This document shows positions 32,823 to 41,832 of a DNA stretch of 41,832 nt, piece by piece (position 1 is the stretch's first letter; the number at the start of each line of letters is the position of its first letter). The stretch lies in IMG/VR virus record IMGVR_UViG_3300044878_000083, positions 1 through 41,832 of that record; one strand, given 5' to 3'. The DNA is from a virus. Lineage: Duplodnaviria > Caudoviricetes. The notes below the pieces were generated by a model. That model saw nothing but the letters and a program-made list of their open reading frames with translations, ran no database searches and was not told where the DNA came from. Position numbers and translations under genes: made by a program.

Positions 32823-35800
32823 TTAGTCTTTCTTTGGTGGTGGGCCGAACAGTACAGATTTGGCAATGGTAAAGGCGTCGTTCTCCATTTCACCATCTTC
32901 CAGCTTGTAGAACGTGCGCGTGGCGCGGTTGATCTGTGAGGAAGGCAGGCCGGTGAGCATGCCGACAGCGGTGGTCATGTTGGTGGCCAGCGCTTCCGAC
33001 TTGGTCGAGTGGGATGCCTTGATCAGTGCGTCAATGCCGCCGCCGATGGGTGAGGCGCCGCCATAACCGAAGTCGCTGAAGAAGCCTTGCGCGGCATCGC
33101 GGGCCAACGGTACGCCGTTGGTGACGCTCAGCAGGGTCTGGATAGCGATGTATTCCGGCCAGGTGTCGCCCAGCTTGTCCTTTTCGCGGTCGTCATCGTC
33201 GCCATTCGGCAGCGCGCCCTTGATCGCGCCGGCCAGGATCGCCGGGATGATGTTCAGGTAGACGAAACGCTCGAGCGCGACCAGCGTGCCTTGCACGTCC
33301 TTGTCCTTGATCGACTGCACGCCGCTGCGGGCGATGTCCACGTTGCGGTTCCACAGCAGAGAGGCGTAGCCGTAGACCAGCAGGAAGAAGCGCGCCAGTT
33401 CGTTGTGCTGGATCGGGGCCTGATCCTTGGCCCCGCCAGCCATCTGCGTCAGGCGCACGGCACGGTCTGCGGCGTGAATCGCATCCTGGCCACCGTTGCC
33501 CGAGTTCACGCCGCCTTCCGCCTCGTAGGCAGCCATCCAGACTGGTGTGTCGACCACGCTCTGCATCATGGTCATCGGCACAAAGGCCCAGCGCTTGATC
33601 GCGTCGTGTGCGTTCTTCACGTCGTTAAACGCGGTACCGATCCGCCCTTCACCAACACGGATGATGCGGTTGGTAGCCTGGCGAATGGTTGGATCGAGGT
33701 TGATCGAGCGGTTGCGCATTTCCCCTGACAGGCTCATGACTTCGGCCCGGGTGGCGATGGGGTTCATGCTGAACTTGGCCAGGGCGCGCAGATAGTCCTT
33801 GCGCTGGCCTTTCTGCGCGAAGTACTCCAGCGCCTGGCTGGCGCCGCCGATCTGGTTGAACATGGTGGTGACGCTGTAACCCATCCAGGCGATGGCCGCA
33901 TTGCCACGCAGGGCGTTCATCGTGCGGCGGAAGATGCCAACGCCTCTCGCGCTGCCCGGGCTCAGGTCGTTGGCGATGCCGTCGAGGATGTTGACGAACT
34001 GCTGCGCCTGGAAGCGCCCCATGCGTTCGTTCATCACCTGGCGCACGGTCGGCGCGGTGATCAGCTTGCGGGCGTCAGCGATGGCCACGCGGTGGGTCAG
34101 GTCGTGAATCACGCCGCTCAGGTGGTTGGCGATCATGGTCACATCCAGCACCACCGGTGCAGCAAATCCGTCAACCCGCGCCTTGGTGTGGCCGCGTGGC
34201 GTGGTGGCCCGGGCGCCGCCCTGTTCGTTGAGTGGCGACAGTTCGCCAAGGTTGGCTTGCACCTGGGCGTATTGCGGCGACAGGAAGTCGTAGACCAGCG
34301 GCCAGTAGCCGCCTTGTACCACGCCGAATTGGGTCTGTACCTGAATGCCTTCAACCTTCTCCGGGGCGATGCCATTCACCTGCTTTTCCAGCGCGACGAT
34401 GTCCGGCCACAGGGAGTTGACGATCTCCCACAGGTTGGTCACGTAGCGCCAATCGGCTTCCTGCATGTGGCTGAGGATCTCGGCGTGGGTGGCGTCGCTC
34501 CAGCCATTGCCGGCCAGCATCTTTTTCAGGTTGCCGGCGTTTCCACTGTTCAGTGCGGTGGCCAGGATGCCGTTGGAATCGATGGATTTGCCCAGGCCGT
34601 TGATGTGCACCTTCTGCCCAGCGCGGGCGCCAGCTTCGGCAAACCACGTATCGGTGGCCTTCATCAGCTTTTGCGTGATCTCGCGGTTGAGGTCGTCGCG
34701 GCGTGCCTGGGCATCGGCCAGCGGTTCCCACCAGATCTGCGTCCACGGCCCGTTCGGATCGCCGCCATCGGCCTGCTCAATGATCTGTTCCAGCTTCATC
34801 AGTGAGCTGTTGGCCTCGGATAGCCAGTCCCCCATGGCTTCCGGCAGCGTGCGACTGGAGTCGTTGAGCGGCAGCGGCTTGCCCTTGTTCAGGTTCTGTT
34901 CCATGGCCTGGATCAGTAGGGTCTGCGCCTCCTTCTGGTCTTTGACGCGCTTATTGGCCTGCAACTTGCCCTTGAGGCTGGCTAGGTGGTTGAGGTGCGC
35001 CACGAATTCGTCCAGTTCCTGCAGCTGGGCCAGGCTCAGTTCCTTGTAATTGGTGCGCCCCATGGTGTTGAGGATGAATTCCGGCACGTAGGGATCATTG
35101 CCGGCCGCAACCTGGTCGTTGTACCACTGGCCGAAGGTCTTAGCCTTGTCGATCTGGCGCAGGCTGACGTTGCGGAACTCGTATTGCTCCATCACTGCAT
35201 CGATCTGGTCAAGGTAATCACCGCCGGCCTTACCGATCTTCTGGCGCTTGCTGGTCTTGTTGTAGCCGTTCAGGCGCTCGGTGATGGTCTCCACTTCGGC
35301 CTTGGCCTTGGACGCCTCGCGGTACAGGTAGAAGTTCAGTAACTGGCGCTGCTTGGCCTCATAGGCCGCTTCCAGATCGCCTTTGGTGAAGGCTTCGAAC
35401 GATTGGCGTGAAGCTTTGGCCTCGGCGCGCTGGTATTCAATCGGCTGGATGTCGCGCACCTTGCGTTCGCTCATCACCCGGGCGGCGGCTTCCTTCAGGA
35501 TCTGCTGGCTGGTGACGTTCTTGCGGTTACCGACCTGGGCCAGGCGGCGCAGTTCCTTGCCAAGCACTTCGGCGCGGCGCTCGTTGTGCACGGCATCCAT
35601 CGCGCGTTCGGCAATCTCGCCGGTTTGCTTCGGCCCGTGGCGCTCTTCCATGCGGCGCAGCGCTTCCTGCGTGATCACATCCTTGCGTGGCTGTGCGCCC
35701 ATCATGGTCTTCACCATGTCGTCGCCGGATTCGAAGCCAAGGATGTTGGCGGCCAGGTCCAGTGGCAGGCCGGTTTTGCTGTGGGTGAAGGCCAGCTTCT

Positions 35801-38800
35801 GTACGGCGGGCTTGCCATAGCGGTCGGCCAGTTCGCTGCTGTTCAACTTGAATTCGCCCGGGCGGCCATCGGGCGACTGACCGCTGCGCAGGGCGTTGCG
35901 TGCCACGTATTCCGGCTGCAGGTCGACTTCTTCCGTCACTTCCTGACGGATCGCGGCCAGCTGTTCGTTCCACCACTTCGACTGGCGGCGCGTTTCTTCC
36001 CGTGTGATCTGCTCTTCCACGCTGTCGCGGGCATCGGTGTGCGCCAGTTCGATGCTGTTCTGGTACTGGGCAAACTCGGTTTCGGTCATGCCGGCGGCTT
36101 CGGCATCCTTGAACAGCGGCAGGGCTTCAGCGATGCGCTCGGCGTCCTGAATCTGCTCGTCACTGGCCACGATGCGGTCAAACACCCGGCGCACGTCGTC
36201 GTTCAGCGCCACGTTCAGGCGACTGAGGTGCTTGTAGATGGCGAGCATCCAGCGCTTGAAGCGGGCAAACGCGCCGTTCAGTTCTGGCGCTGGGGCCTTG
36301 CCTTCGGCCAGGTACGCTTCGAAGCCACGGGCAAACTGTTCGTGCTGCTCGGTGGTCAGCGGTGCATCGCCTTCGGCGCCAACCCAGTCGCGCACGGCCT
36401 GCACGTCGTCCTTCACCTGCTGCGGGGCGTTCTCGCTGGCGGCCAGGTCTTGGATCACTTCCAGGTAGTAGTGTCCCAGCTCGTGAACCAGAGTCGACAG
36501 GTCGCGCTTCTCGCCCAGGGTGATGTTGAACTTGCGGTTGGCCTGGCCGCGTGGGCTGAAGGTGATAAAGCCTCGGGCAGTGTCATCGTTGCCGCCTTGT
36601 TCCAGCTGCTGCACGTCGTCGGCTTCGGCTGCCTGCGGGTTGCGCAACAGGGCCAGCGCCTCTTCATCGCTGAGCTCGTCGAGGTTGACGCCCAGGCGGT
36701 CGAAGTATTCCTGCAACTGGTTCAGGGTGTCGGCCTGGTCGGCCTTGTTCGGGTTCTCCTGCTCGGCGCTGTAGCGTGGATTGCCGGCCATTTCATCGCG
36801 CACGGCGTCGACGATCAGCTGCGGGGTCACGTCTTCACGGGCCACGCCGGGGAAATACCCGCGCTCCCATGCGTTCATCGCCGCGTCATCGAGGGTCATG
36901 CCGCCGTCTTTGCGGGTGATGCGGTTGCGCCCGACCTTGCCCACGTCGGCATCCAGTGCGGCCAGCTCGCCGCCTTCATCACTGACGCCACCGGCATCGC
37001 GCAGGTACTGGCCCAGGCTCTTGCCGAAGATGTCGCCAGCTTGCGGGATGTCACCGGTGCGAAGGCGCTGGATCAGCAAGGTGGCGTCGTCGACAGAGAC
37101 GCGGCGCAGGTCTTCCGGGGCCTTGTTGCGGATGTCGAGCGGGAATTGCTGATCCAGTTGATCCAAGCCCAGCGCATTACGTTCTGCCAGGTTGGTCAGC
37201 ACGGACGAATGCAAGGCGGCGTATTGCTCGGCATCGGCGCGACGGAAGCCGGCCTGCACCAGCTGCCCGACAAAATCCTGCTGGGCCTTGGCGCGTGCGT
37301 CCTGTCCTTTGCGGAACTCTTCGGCCAGCTGGGTCAGCTGCTCTTCCTGCTGATCGCTCCAGGCTTGTGCATCCTCGGCGCTGAAGCTGCCGGCACTGGT
37401 GCGCACGCTCTTCGACAGCTGTTCGTCGTAGTCGGCCAGGTAGGTCAGGTAATCGGCGCCTTTCATCGCCACGTTTCCGTCACGCACCAGCGCATCACCG
37501 AACTGCTCGGTCAGGCCAGGGATCTGCGCCAGGATCGCCGGCAGGTCGATGGCGCCGGATTGGTTCAGGCGTTGCAACTCGGCGGCGGGAATCCACAAAG
37601 TTTCCAGCGGGGTGCCGGCCAGCTGTTGGGTGGCGATCTGGTTGAAGGTGCCCGGGTCGAGTTTGCGCGTCTCGCTCTCTACGGACGCGGCGGCGGCGGC
37701 GCTCAGGGCTTGCTGGCCAACACGGGCTTGACGTGATTTCTCCAGGCCAGCGGCCAGGGTGGTGAACATGCGTTTGCCACCGAAGGCGATCACGTCGGCA
37801 CTGGAGCCCAGGCCGCCGGCAATGCCTTCCAGCAGCACTTCGCCGGTGTCGACCTTGCCTTCTGCGGCAAACTGCCCAGCGGCCTCGCCAGCGCCTTCGC
37901 TGAGGCCCTGCACAGGGAACTGCACGGCTAAGTTGGTCAGCTCGCGCTGGGTTTCGGTCAGCGGACGGCCAGCAATGCGCGTCGGCGCCAGCAACTTGCC
38001 GGCGAACATCATGCCCAGCGTGTCGACGGCGGTAGTGCCTGCGGCCTTCAATACTGCCTTGTCGCTGGCGGTGGCCATCAGTTCATCGTCTTGCAGCGCC
38101 TTCATCAGCGCGGCCGGGTCTTTGAAGTCCACACCGGCTTCTCGGATCACGTCGGCCAGCTTCACGTCGAATTCAGTGCCGAAGTTCAGCGCGGCGGCGA
38201 GCGGGATGCCGCCCACGGCACCGGCGAGCAAGGTCGGCGCTGAAGCCGTGGCAGCGCCCAGCGCGGTACGGGCGGCAAAGCCAGGGGTCAGACCTTCCAG
38301 CGTGGCATCGAAGCTGCTCATGCCTTCGCCGGTGTCGATCACTTGGCGTTCCAGGCCGCCGAGTGGGATGCCGATCTGATCGCTGGTCTGCAGTTGCTGG
38401 ATCTTCCGCGCTGCCGGATCAACCGGGGCCGCTTCCAGTTCCTGCTGCTGCTCGCCCACACGGCTGACGAACTCGGCTTGCTGGCTGTTGAGGTTGTCGC
38501 GCATCACCTGGCGCTGCTCGGGTGTGCTGCGCAGGTACTCGCCGGCAAAGCCGCCGGGTTCGCTGGCGTCGAGGAACGGTTGCACACCGGCCGCCGTGGC
38601 GCGGGCAATCTCAGCGTCCACCGCGTCAAAGCTGGCGCCGATCTTCTGCAGGTTGCTGGCGTCCGCGACGTTGGTGCCCTGGGCCTGACTGGTCCACTGC
38701 TGCTGAATCGCGCCCAGCATCTTTTCGCCAAGGCTCTGCTGGTTGAAGCGCGTATCGCTGGCCGCGCCTTCGATTCGGGTCAGGGCATCGAGGTCGTTTT

Positions 38801-39131
38801 GCGCAACAGCCGCCAGGTTACCGTCGCGCAAGGCATTGGCGGTCTTGCGGCTGGTGTCGTAGATGGCGGCGTATTTGTTGCCTTTCTCCAGTTCGGCCAT
38901 GCGGTCGCGCTGCTCGTACAGCGTTTTGGCCGGTATGCCACTCAGGCGTGCGGTGGCATTGGCCTTGCCGTACTCGGCCGGGGCGATGCTGGCCACGGTC
39001 TTCAGGCTGTTGACGAAGTCGGTGCGCTCATCGTCGAACGAATCACGAATGGCGGTGGTCAGCGGCGTAGGGGTTGGTTGTTGGACGGTGTCGTCCACTG
39101 GGGCCAGAAGCGATGGGACTTCGAGGCTCAT
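32823..39131 (-). CDS. Giant internal virion (ejection) protein with zincin-like motif
   Basis: 2102 aa, TLVHELGHYY and HEQFARGFEAYL motifs, last of three core genes. Confidence 0.85.
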   Translation of the reverse strand: MSLEVPSLLAPVDDTVQQPTPTPLTTAIRDSFDDERTDFVNSLKTVASIAPAEYGKANATARLSGIPAKTLYEQRDRMAELEKGNKYAAIYDTSRKTANALRDGNLAAVAQNDLDALTRIEGAASDTRFNQQSLGEKMLGAIQQQWTSQAQGTNVADASNLQKIGASFDAVDAEIARATAAGVQPFLDASEPGGFAGEYLRSTPEQRQVMRDNLNSQQAEFVSRVGEQQQELEAAPVDPAARKIQQLQTSDQIGIPLGGLERQVIDTGEGMSSFDATLEGLTPGFAARTALGAATASAPTLLAGAVGGIPLAAALNFGTEFDVKLADVIREAGVDFKDPAALMKALQDDELMATASDKAVLKAAGTTAVDTLGMMFAGKLLAPTRIAGRPLTETQRELTNLAVQFPVQGLSEGAGEAAGQFAAEGKVDTGEVLLEGIAGGLGSSADVIAFGGKRMFTTLAAGLEKSRQARVGQQALSAAAAASVESETRKLDPGTFNQIATQQLAGTPLETLWIPAAELQRLNQSGAIDLPAILAQIPGLTEQFGDALVRDGNVAMKGADYLTYLADYDEQLSKSVRTSAGSFSAEDAQAWSDQQEEQLTQLAEEFRKGQDARAKAQQDFVGQLVQAGFRRADAEQYAALHSSVLTNLAERNALGLDQLDQQFPLDIRNKAPEDLRRVSVDDATLLIQRLRTGDIPQAGDIFGKSLGQYLRDAGGVSDEGGELAALDADVGKVGRNRITRKDGGMTLDDAAMNAWERGYFPGVAREDVTPQLIVDAVRDEMAGNPRYSAEQENPNKADQADTLNQLQEYFDRLGVNLDELSDEEALALLRNPQAAEADDVQQLEQGGNDDTARGFITFSPRGQANRKFNITLGEKRDLSTLVHELGHYYLEVIQDLAASENAPQQVKDDVQAVRDWVGAEGDAPLTTEQHEQFARGFEAYLAEGKAPAPELNGAFARFKRWMLAIYKHLSRLNVALNDDVRRVFDRIVASDEQIQDAERIAEALPLFKDAEAAGMTETEFAQYQNSIELAHTDARDSVEEQITREETRRQSKWWNEQLAAIRQEVTEEVDLQPEYVARNALRSGQSPDGRPGEFKLNSSELADRYGKPAVQKLAFTHSKTGLPLDLAANILGFESGDDMVKTMMGAQPRKDVITQEALRRMEERHGPKQTGEIAERAMDAVHNERRAEVLGKELRRLAQVGNRKNVTSQQILKEAAARVMSERKVRDIQPIEYQRAEAKASRQSFEAFTKGDLEAAYEAKQRQLLNFYLYREASKAKAEVETITERLNGYNKTSKRQKIGKAGGDYLDQIDAVMEQYEFRNVSLRQIDKAKTFGQWYNDQVAAGNDPYVPEFILNTMGRTNYKELSLAQLQELDEFVAHLNHLASLKGKLQANKRVKDQKEAQTLLIQAMEQNLNKGKPLPLNDSSRTLPEAMGDWLSEANSSLMKLEQIIEQADGGDPNGPWTQIWWEPLADAQARRDDLNREITQKLMKATDTWFAEAGARAGQKVHINGLGKSIDSNGILATALNSGNAGNLKKMLAGNGWSDATHAEILSHMQEADWRYVTNLWEIVNSLWPDIVALEKQVNGIAPEKVEGIQVQTQFGVVQGGYWPLVYDFLSPQYAQVQANLGELSPLNEQGGARATTPRGHTKARVDGFAAPVVLDVTMIANHLSGVIHDLTHRVAIADARKLITAPTVRQVMNERMGRFQAQQFVNILDGIANDLSPGSARGVGIFRRTMNALRGNAAIAWMGYSVTTMFNQIGGASQALEYFAQKGQRKDYLRALAKFSMNPIATRAEVMSLSGEMRNRSINLDPTIRQATNRIIRVGEGRIGTAFNDVKNAHDAIKRWAFVPMTMMQSVVDTPVWMAAYEAEGGVNSGNGGQDAIHAADRAVRLTQMAGGAKDQAPIQHNELARFFLLVYGYASLLWNRNVDIARSGVQSIKDKDVQGTLVALERFVYLNIIPAILAGAIKGALPNGDDDDREKDKLGDTWPEYIAIQTLLSVTNGVPLARDAAQGFFSDFGYGGASPIGGGIDALIKASHSTKSEALATNMTTAVGMLTGLPSSQINRATRTFYKLEDGEMENDAFTIAKSVLFGPPPKKD

Positions 39132-41227
39132 TGTGCTTTCACTCCAAGATCAGAAATGCCCTGAACATACATGGCAATGATGTTTTCTTCGCTGGCCGGT
39201 TCGCCGCGGCTGCGCAGGGTGCGCACGATCTGCGCCCGGTCGCCGGCCGGGATGTCCTTCAGGCCGATGTCTTTGCTGCGCAGGTAGGCGTCTTGCATCT
39301 GCTCCGGCGCCACTTGCCACAGCTGCGTGGTGTTCTCGCTGAAGGTGCCTGTGCCGCGCAGGCGTACGTCGATCAGTAGTGAGTTGGCGATGTCACTGGA
39401 CTCCTTGGCGGTGGGCTGACGGCCGTTGGCCAAAAAGAAAGCATCCTTCTGACTCTGGTAGGCAGTGCGGAATTGCTCCTGCTGGGCCAGGTTCTTCGGT
39501 GACGTGGCCTTGAGGCTGGTGCCGGTGAGAATGCCGGCCTGCTGCATCACCAGCGTCAGCTGATCGTTCTCGGCCTTGGTCGCACGCTGGTCGCTGAAGT
39601 CGCCCTGCACGGCCTTCTCCCACGAACTTTTGACGGTCTTGTAATCGGCGTCGTTGAGGTACGGGCGGATGTCCCGGGTCAGGCTCAGTTCGCTGAACTG
39701 CGGGCCAGGCATCGACAGGAATTCGCGCAGCTTGCCTTCATCGGTGGTCGGCTCGGTGCCTTTGCGCCGGTGTTCGTCGAGTTTCTGCAACTTCACCCGG
39801 TCTTCCGCGCCGATGGTCACCAGCACCTGCGGTGGAATGGCGTTATAACCGTCCTCCAGCGCGATATTGGCGGCCGTCTCGTAGTTGGCCTTGATCGTCA
39901 GCTGGTCAGCTTTGTTCAGGTCGTCGATGCGGTCCATCGCGTATTTGCGCGTCTCCGGGTCTTTGATCTTGGCGGCGGCGCTGGTGGCGGCGGCGAGCTT
40001 GCTGCTGGCCGTCGACGGCACCAGCTGGCTGACGATCTTGCCGGTGTAGTTGCGGGTTTCTTCGAATGGGATGGCCTTGATCCAGGCTTCATCGCTGATC
40101 TGGTCGGTGCGCGGGTCACCGTTGGCCTTGATCCACTTGTCCACGCTGCCCGGGCCAGCGTTGTACGCGGCGACAGCCAGGGTCGAGTTTCCGCCATAGC
40201 GCCCCAGCATCTTGTTCAGGTAGGCATTGCCCAGGGCCATGTTGTAGTTCGGGTCGGCGGTCAGGCGCTCTTCGCTGTAGGGAATGCCCAGCTCCTTGGC
40301 CATTTCTTCGGCCGTCTCCGGCATCAGCTGCATCAGGCCCTTGGCGCCCTTTGGCGAAACAGCCGTAGGATCGCCGCTGCTCTCGGCCTGGATCACCAGA
40401 TTGCTCAGGCCGTTGATGCCCACCGTGCCGGCATTGTAGGCGGCTTCGCCGATCTGGCTGCCCAACTGCTGGCGCACGCTGGTACCGAGCAGCTTGGTGG
40501 TCTTGGCCTGGTCATCGACGGTCATGCCGTCGTAGGCCTTGGCGTAATAACGCTGGGCGCCGATGGGGTCGGTCTGCATCAGGCGCTGGATCACGGCGGT
40601 GTTGATGCCGCTGTTGTACTGCAGCACCTTTTCCTGGGTCAGTTCCGGTGCTTCACCGTTGCGCTCGCCCTGCATGGCGATCACGCGGGTGCCCTTGTTC
40701 TGGTAGTAGGCCACTTGCTGCGGGTCGTCGTAGTAGGCCACGGCGCTTTGCGTGGCGGCGTTCAACGTGGCGTCCTCGGCCTGCTTGTAGAACACTTGGC
40801 GTTCGCCGTATTCGTAGCGGTTCAGCTCGCCGTTTAAGCGGGTTTCCTGGCTCTTGGCGATCTGGCTGAAGCGCTGGCGCTGGCGGTCGTTGGTGAGGTT
40901 GTTGCTGATCGCGTCAACCTGGGCCTGGAACTGCGGCAACGTCTGGTTGGTGATGTCGATGGCGTTTTTGCCCTTGCGGGTGTAGACGCCGTTGTCCTGG
41001 TTGAACAGGGTGTTGGTCTGCCACTGGCTCAGGCTGCTTTCAGCCTCCATCAGTGCGGCGGTGTCGGCGTCGTCCTGGGTCTTCTGCCAGATCTGCCCTG
41101 CGGCCTTGGTGATCGGCTTTGCCAGATCGGCGCCCAGGCTATCTTCAGTGGCGACTTGCACCTGTGGCACGGCCATGGCGCGAGTGCGCACGCCGGGGCC
41201 GCCGAGCGTTGGAATTTGTACGGCCAT
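39128..41227 (-). CDS. Internal virion protein with lytic transglycosylase (SLT) domain
   Basis: AESSG...GAKGLMQLMP...AAYNAGPG...ETRNY. Confidence 0.9.
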   Translation of the reverse strand: MAVQIPTLGGPGVRTRAMAVPQVQVATEDSLGADLAKPITKAAGQIWQKTQDDADTAALMEAESSLSQWQTNTLFNQDNGVYTRKGKNAIDITNQTLPQFQAQVDAISNNLTNDRQRQRFSQIAKSQETRLNGELNRYEYGERQVFYKQAEDATLNAATQSAVAYYDDPQQVAYYQNKGTRVIAMQGERNGEAPELTQEKVLQYNSGINTAVIQRLMQTDPIGAQRYYAKAYDGMTVDDQAKTTKLLGTSVRQQLGSQIGEAAYNAGTVGINGLSNLVIQAESSGDPTAVSPKGAKGLMQLMPETAEEMAKELGIPYSEERLTADPNYNMALGNAYLNKMLGRYGGNSTLAVAAYNAGPGSVDKWIKANGDPRTDQISDEAWIKAIPFEETRNYTGKIVSQLVPSTASSKLAAATSAAAKIKDPETRKYAMDRIDDLNKADQLTIKANYETAANIALEDGYNAIPPQVLVTIGAEDRVKLQKLDEHRRKGTEPTTDEGKLREFLSMPGPQFSELSLTRDIRPYLNDADYKTVKSSWEKAVQGDFSDQRATKAENDQLTLVMQQAGILTGTSLKATSPKNLAQQEQFRTAYQSQKDAFFLANGRQPTAKESSDIANSLLIDVRLRGTGTFSENTTQLWQVAPEQMQDAYLRSKDIGLKDIPAGDRAQIVRTLRSRGEPASEENIIAMYVQGISDLGVKAQ

Positions 41228-41236
41228 GATTCCCCC

Positions 41237-41800
41237 TTATGCGGTCATTTGGTTGTTGTTCAGCCGAGCGTTACCGCCAAGTGCCGCGTTGGTGCCGGTG
41301 CCCAGGCCGTTACTGCTGCCGCCACTGAACAGGCCGCCGGAATAGGCGCTGCCAAGGCCGCCGACCACGCCGCCGAGCAGCGAACTGACCAGACCGGTTT
41401 TGGCGTTCTTCTTCAGGGTTTTTGCGTTGCTCAGGTTGCTGGTGGCCTGCACTTCATAGCCGTAGGCTTCGCGGGCTGCGTTGTTGCTGATGATCATGGC
41501 GTCCAGCTCGCCATACTGCGCGGTGTCCTGCTGGATGATCGCGTTCGATCCATCGTCGACAAAGCCACCGTTGCCGGCCATGGCGGCGCGCTGGGTGCCG
41601 ATCAGGTTCTGCGTCTGCACACGCTGGGTGTCTGCGTCGACCACGCCGCGATAGCGCGCATCATTGGCCGCCCGGTTGAGGTAGGCCGCGTTTTGGGTGA
41701 GTGCGGAAGCCTGGCTGATGTCGGCCGCCGACTTCTGCTGGCCTTGCATCATTCCGCCAACCGCTGCAATTGCTACGGGAATCAAAGCCATCCAACACAA
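41237..41800 (-). CDS. Internal virion protein B-like
   Basis: MC- start, hydrophobic N-terminus, GTQRAAMAGNG motif, Gly-rich tail. Confidence 0.8.
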   Translation of the reverse strand: MCWMALIPVAIAAVGGMMQGQQKSAADISQASALTQNAAYLNRAANDARYRGVVDADTQRVQTQNLIGTQRAAMAGNGGFVDDGSNAIIQQDTAQYGELDAMIISNNAAREAYGYEVQATSNLSNAKTLKKNAKTGLVSSLLGGVVGGLGSAYSGGLFSGGSSNGLGTGTNAALGGNARLNNNQMTA

Positions 41801-41832
41801 GGTTCACTTCCTTTTCAGGCATTGCCTGCTGA
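41706..41832. repeat. Terminal direct repeat, copy 2
   Basis: Identical to 1-127. Confidence 0.95.

Noticed and set aside
1-41832. tRNA, rRNA, CRISPR array, IS element
   Set aside because: No cloverleaf, repeat-spacer array or transposase was seen, and intergenic space is minimal.

Overview
The window appears to be a complete, circularly assembled phage genome of 41,705 bp; bases 1-127 are repeated exactly at 41706-41832. It is a podovirus of the BPP-1/epsilon15-like type, and the host is probably Pseudomonas (inferred mainly from the AmrZ homolog). The minus strand carries packaging and virion genes: TerS, TerL, portal, scaffold, capsid, cement, tail tubular A/B, internal proteins (one with an SLT domain, one of 2102 aa) and a tailspike. 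It also carries a split lysis set, RusA, Nin-like genes, an ERF/YqaJ recombination pair and many small early ORFs. The plus strand carries a Cro-like HTH, a DUF1376 initiator, DnaB, small genes, a probable second fiber protein and an inserted HNH endonuclease. I found no integrase, CI or partition gene. The most notable unexplained signals are three. (1) A ~70-nt RNA with its own promoter and terminator (13078-13145, minus) exposes a UUCCCCCAUUG loop complementary to an AATGGGG motif that sits at the translation-initiation region of eight phage genes. (2) A full-length AmrZ homolog occurs together with AmrZ-box-like motifs over two phage promoters. (3) A structured RNA leader appears able to occlude the HNH gene RBS. 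All family calls come from motif recognition by eye, not database searches.
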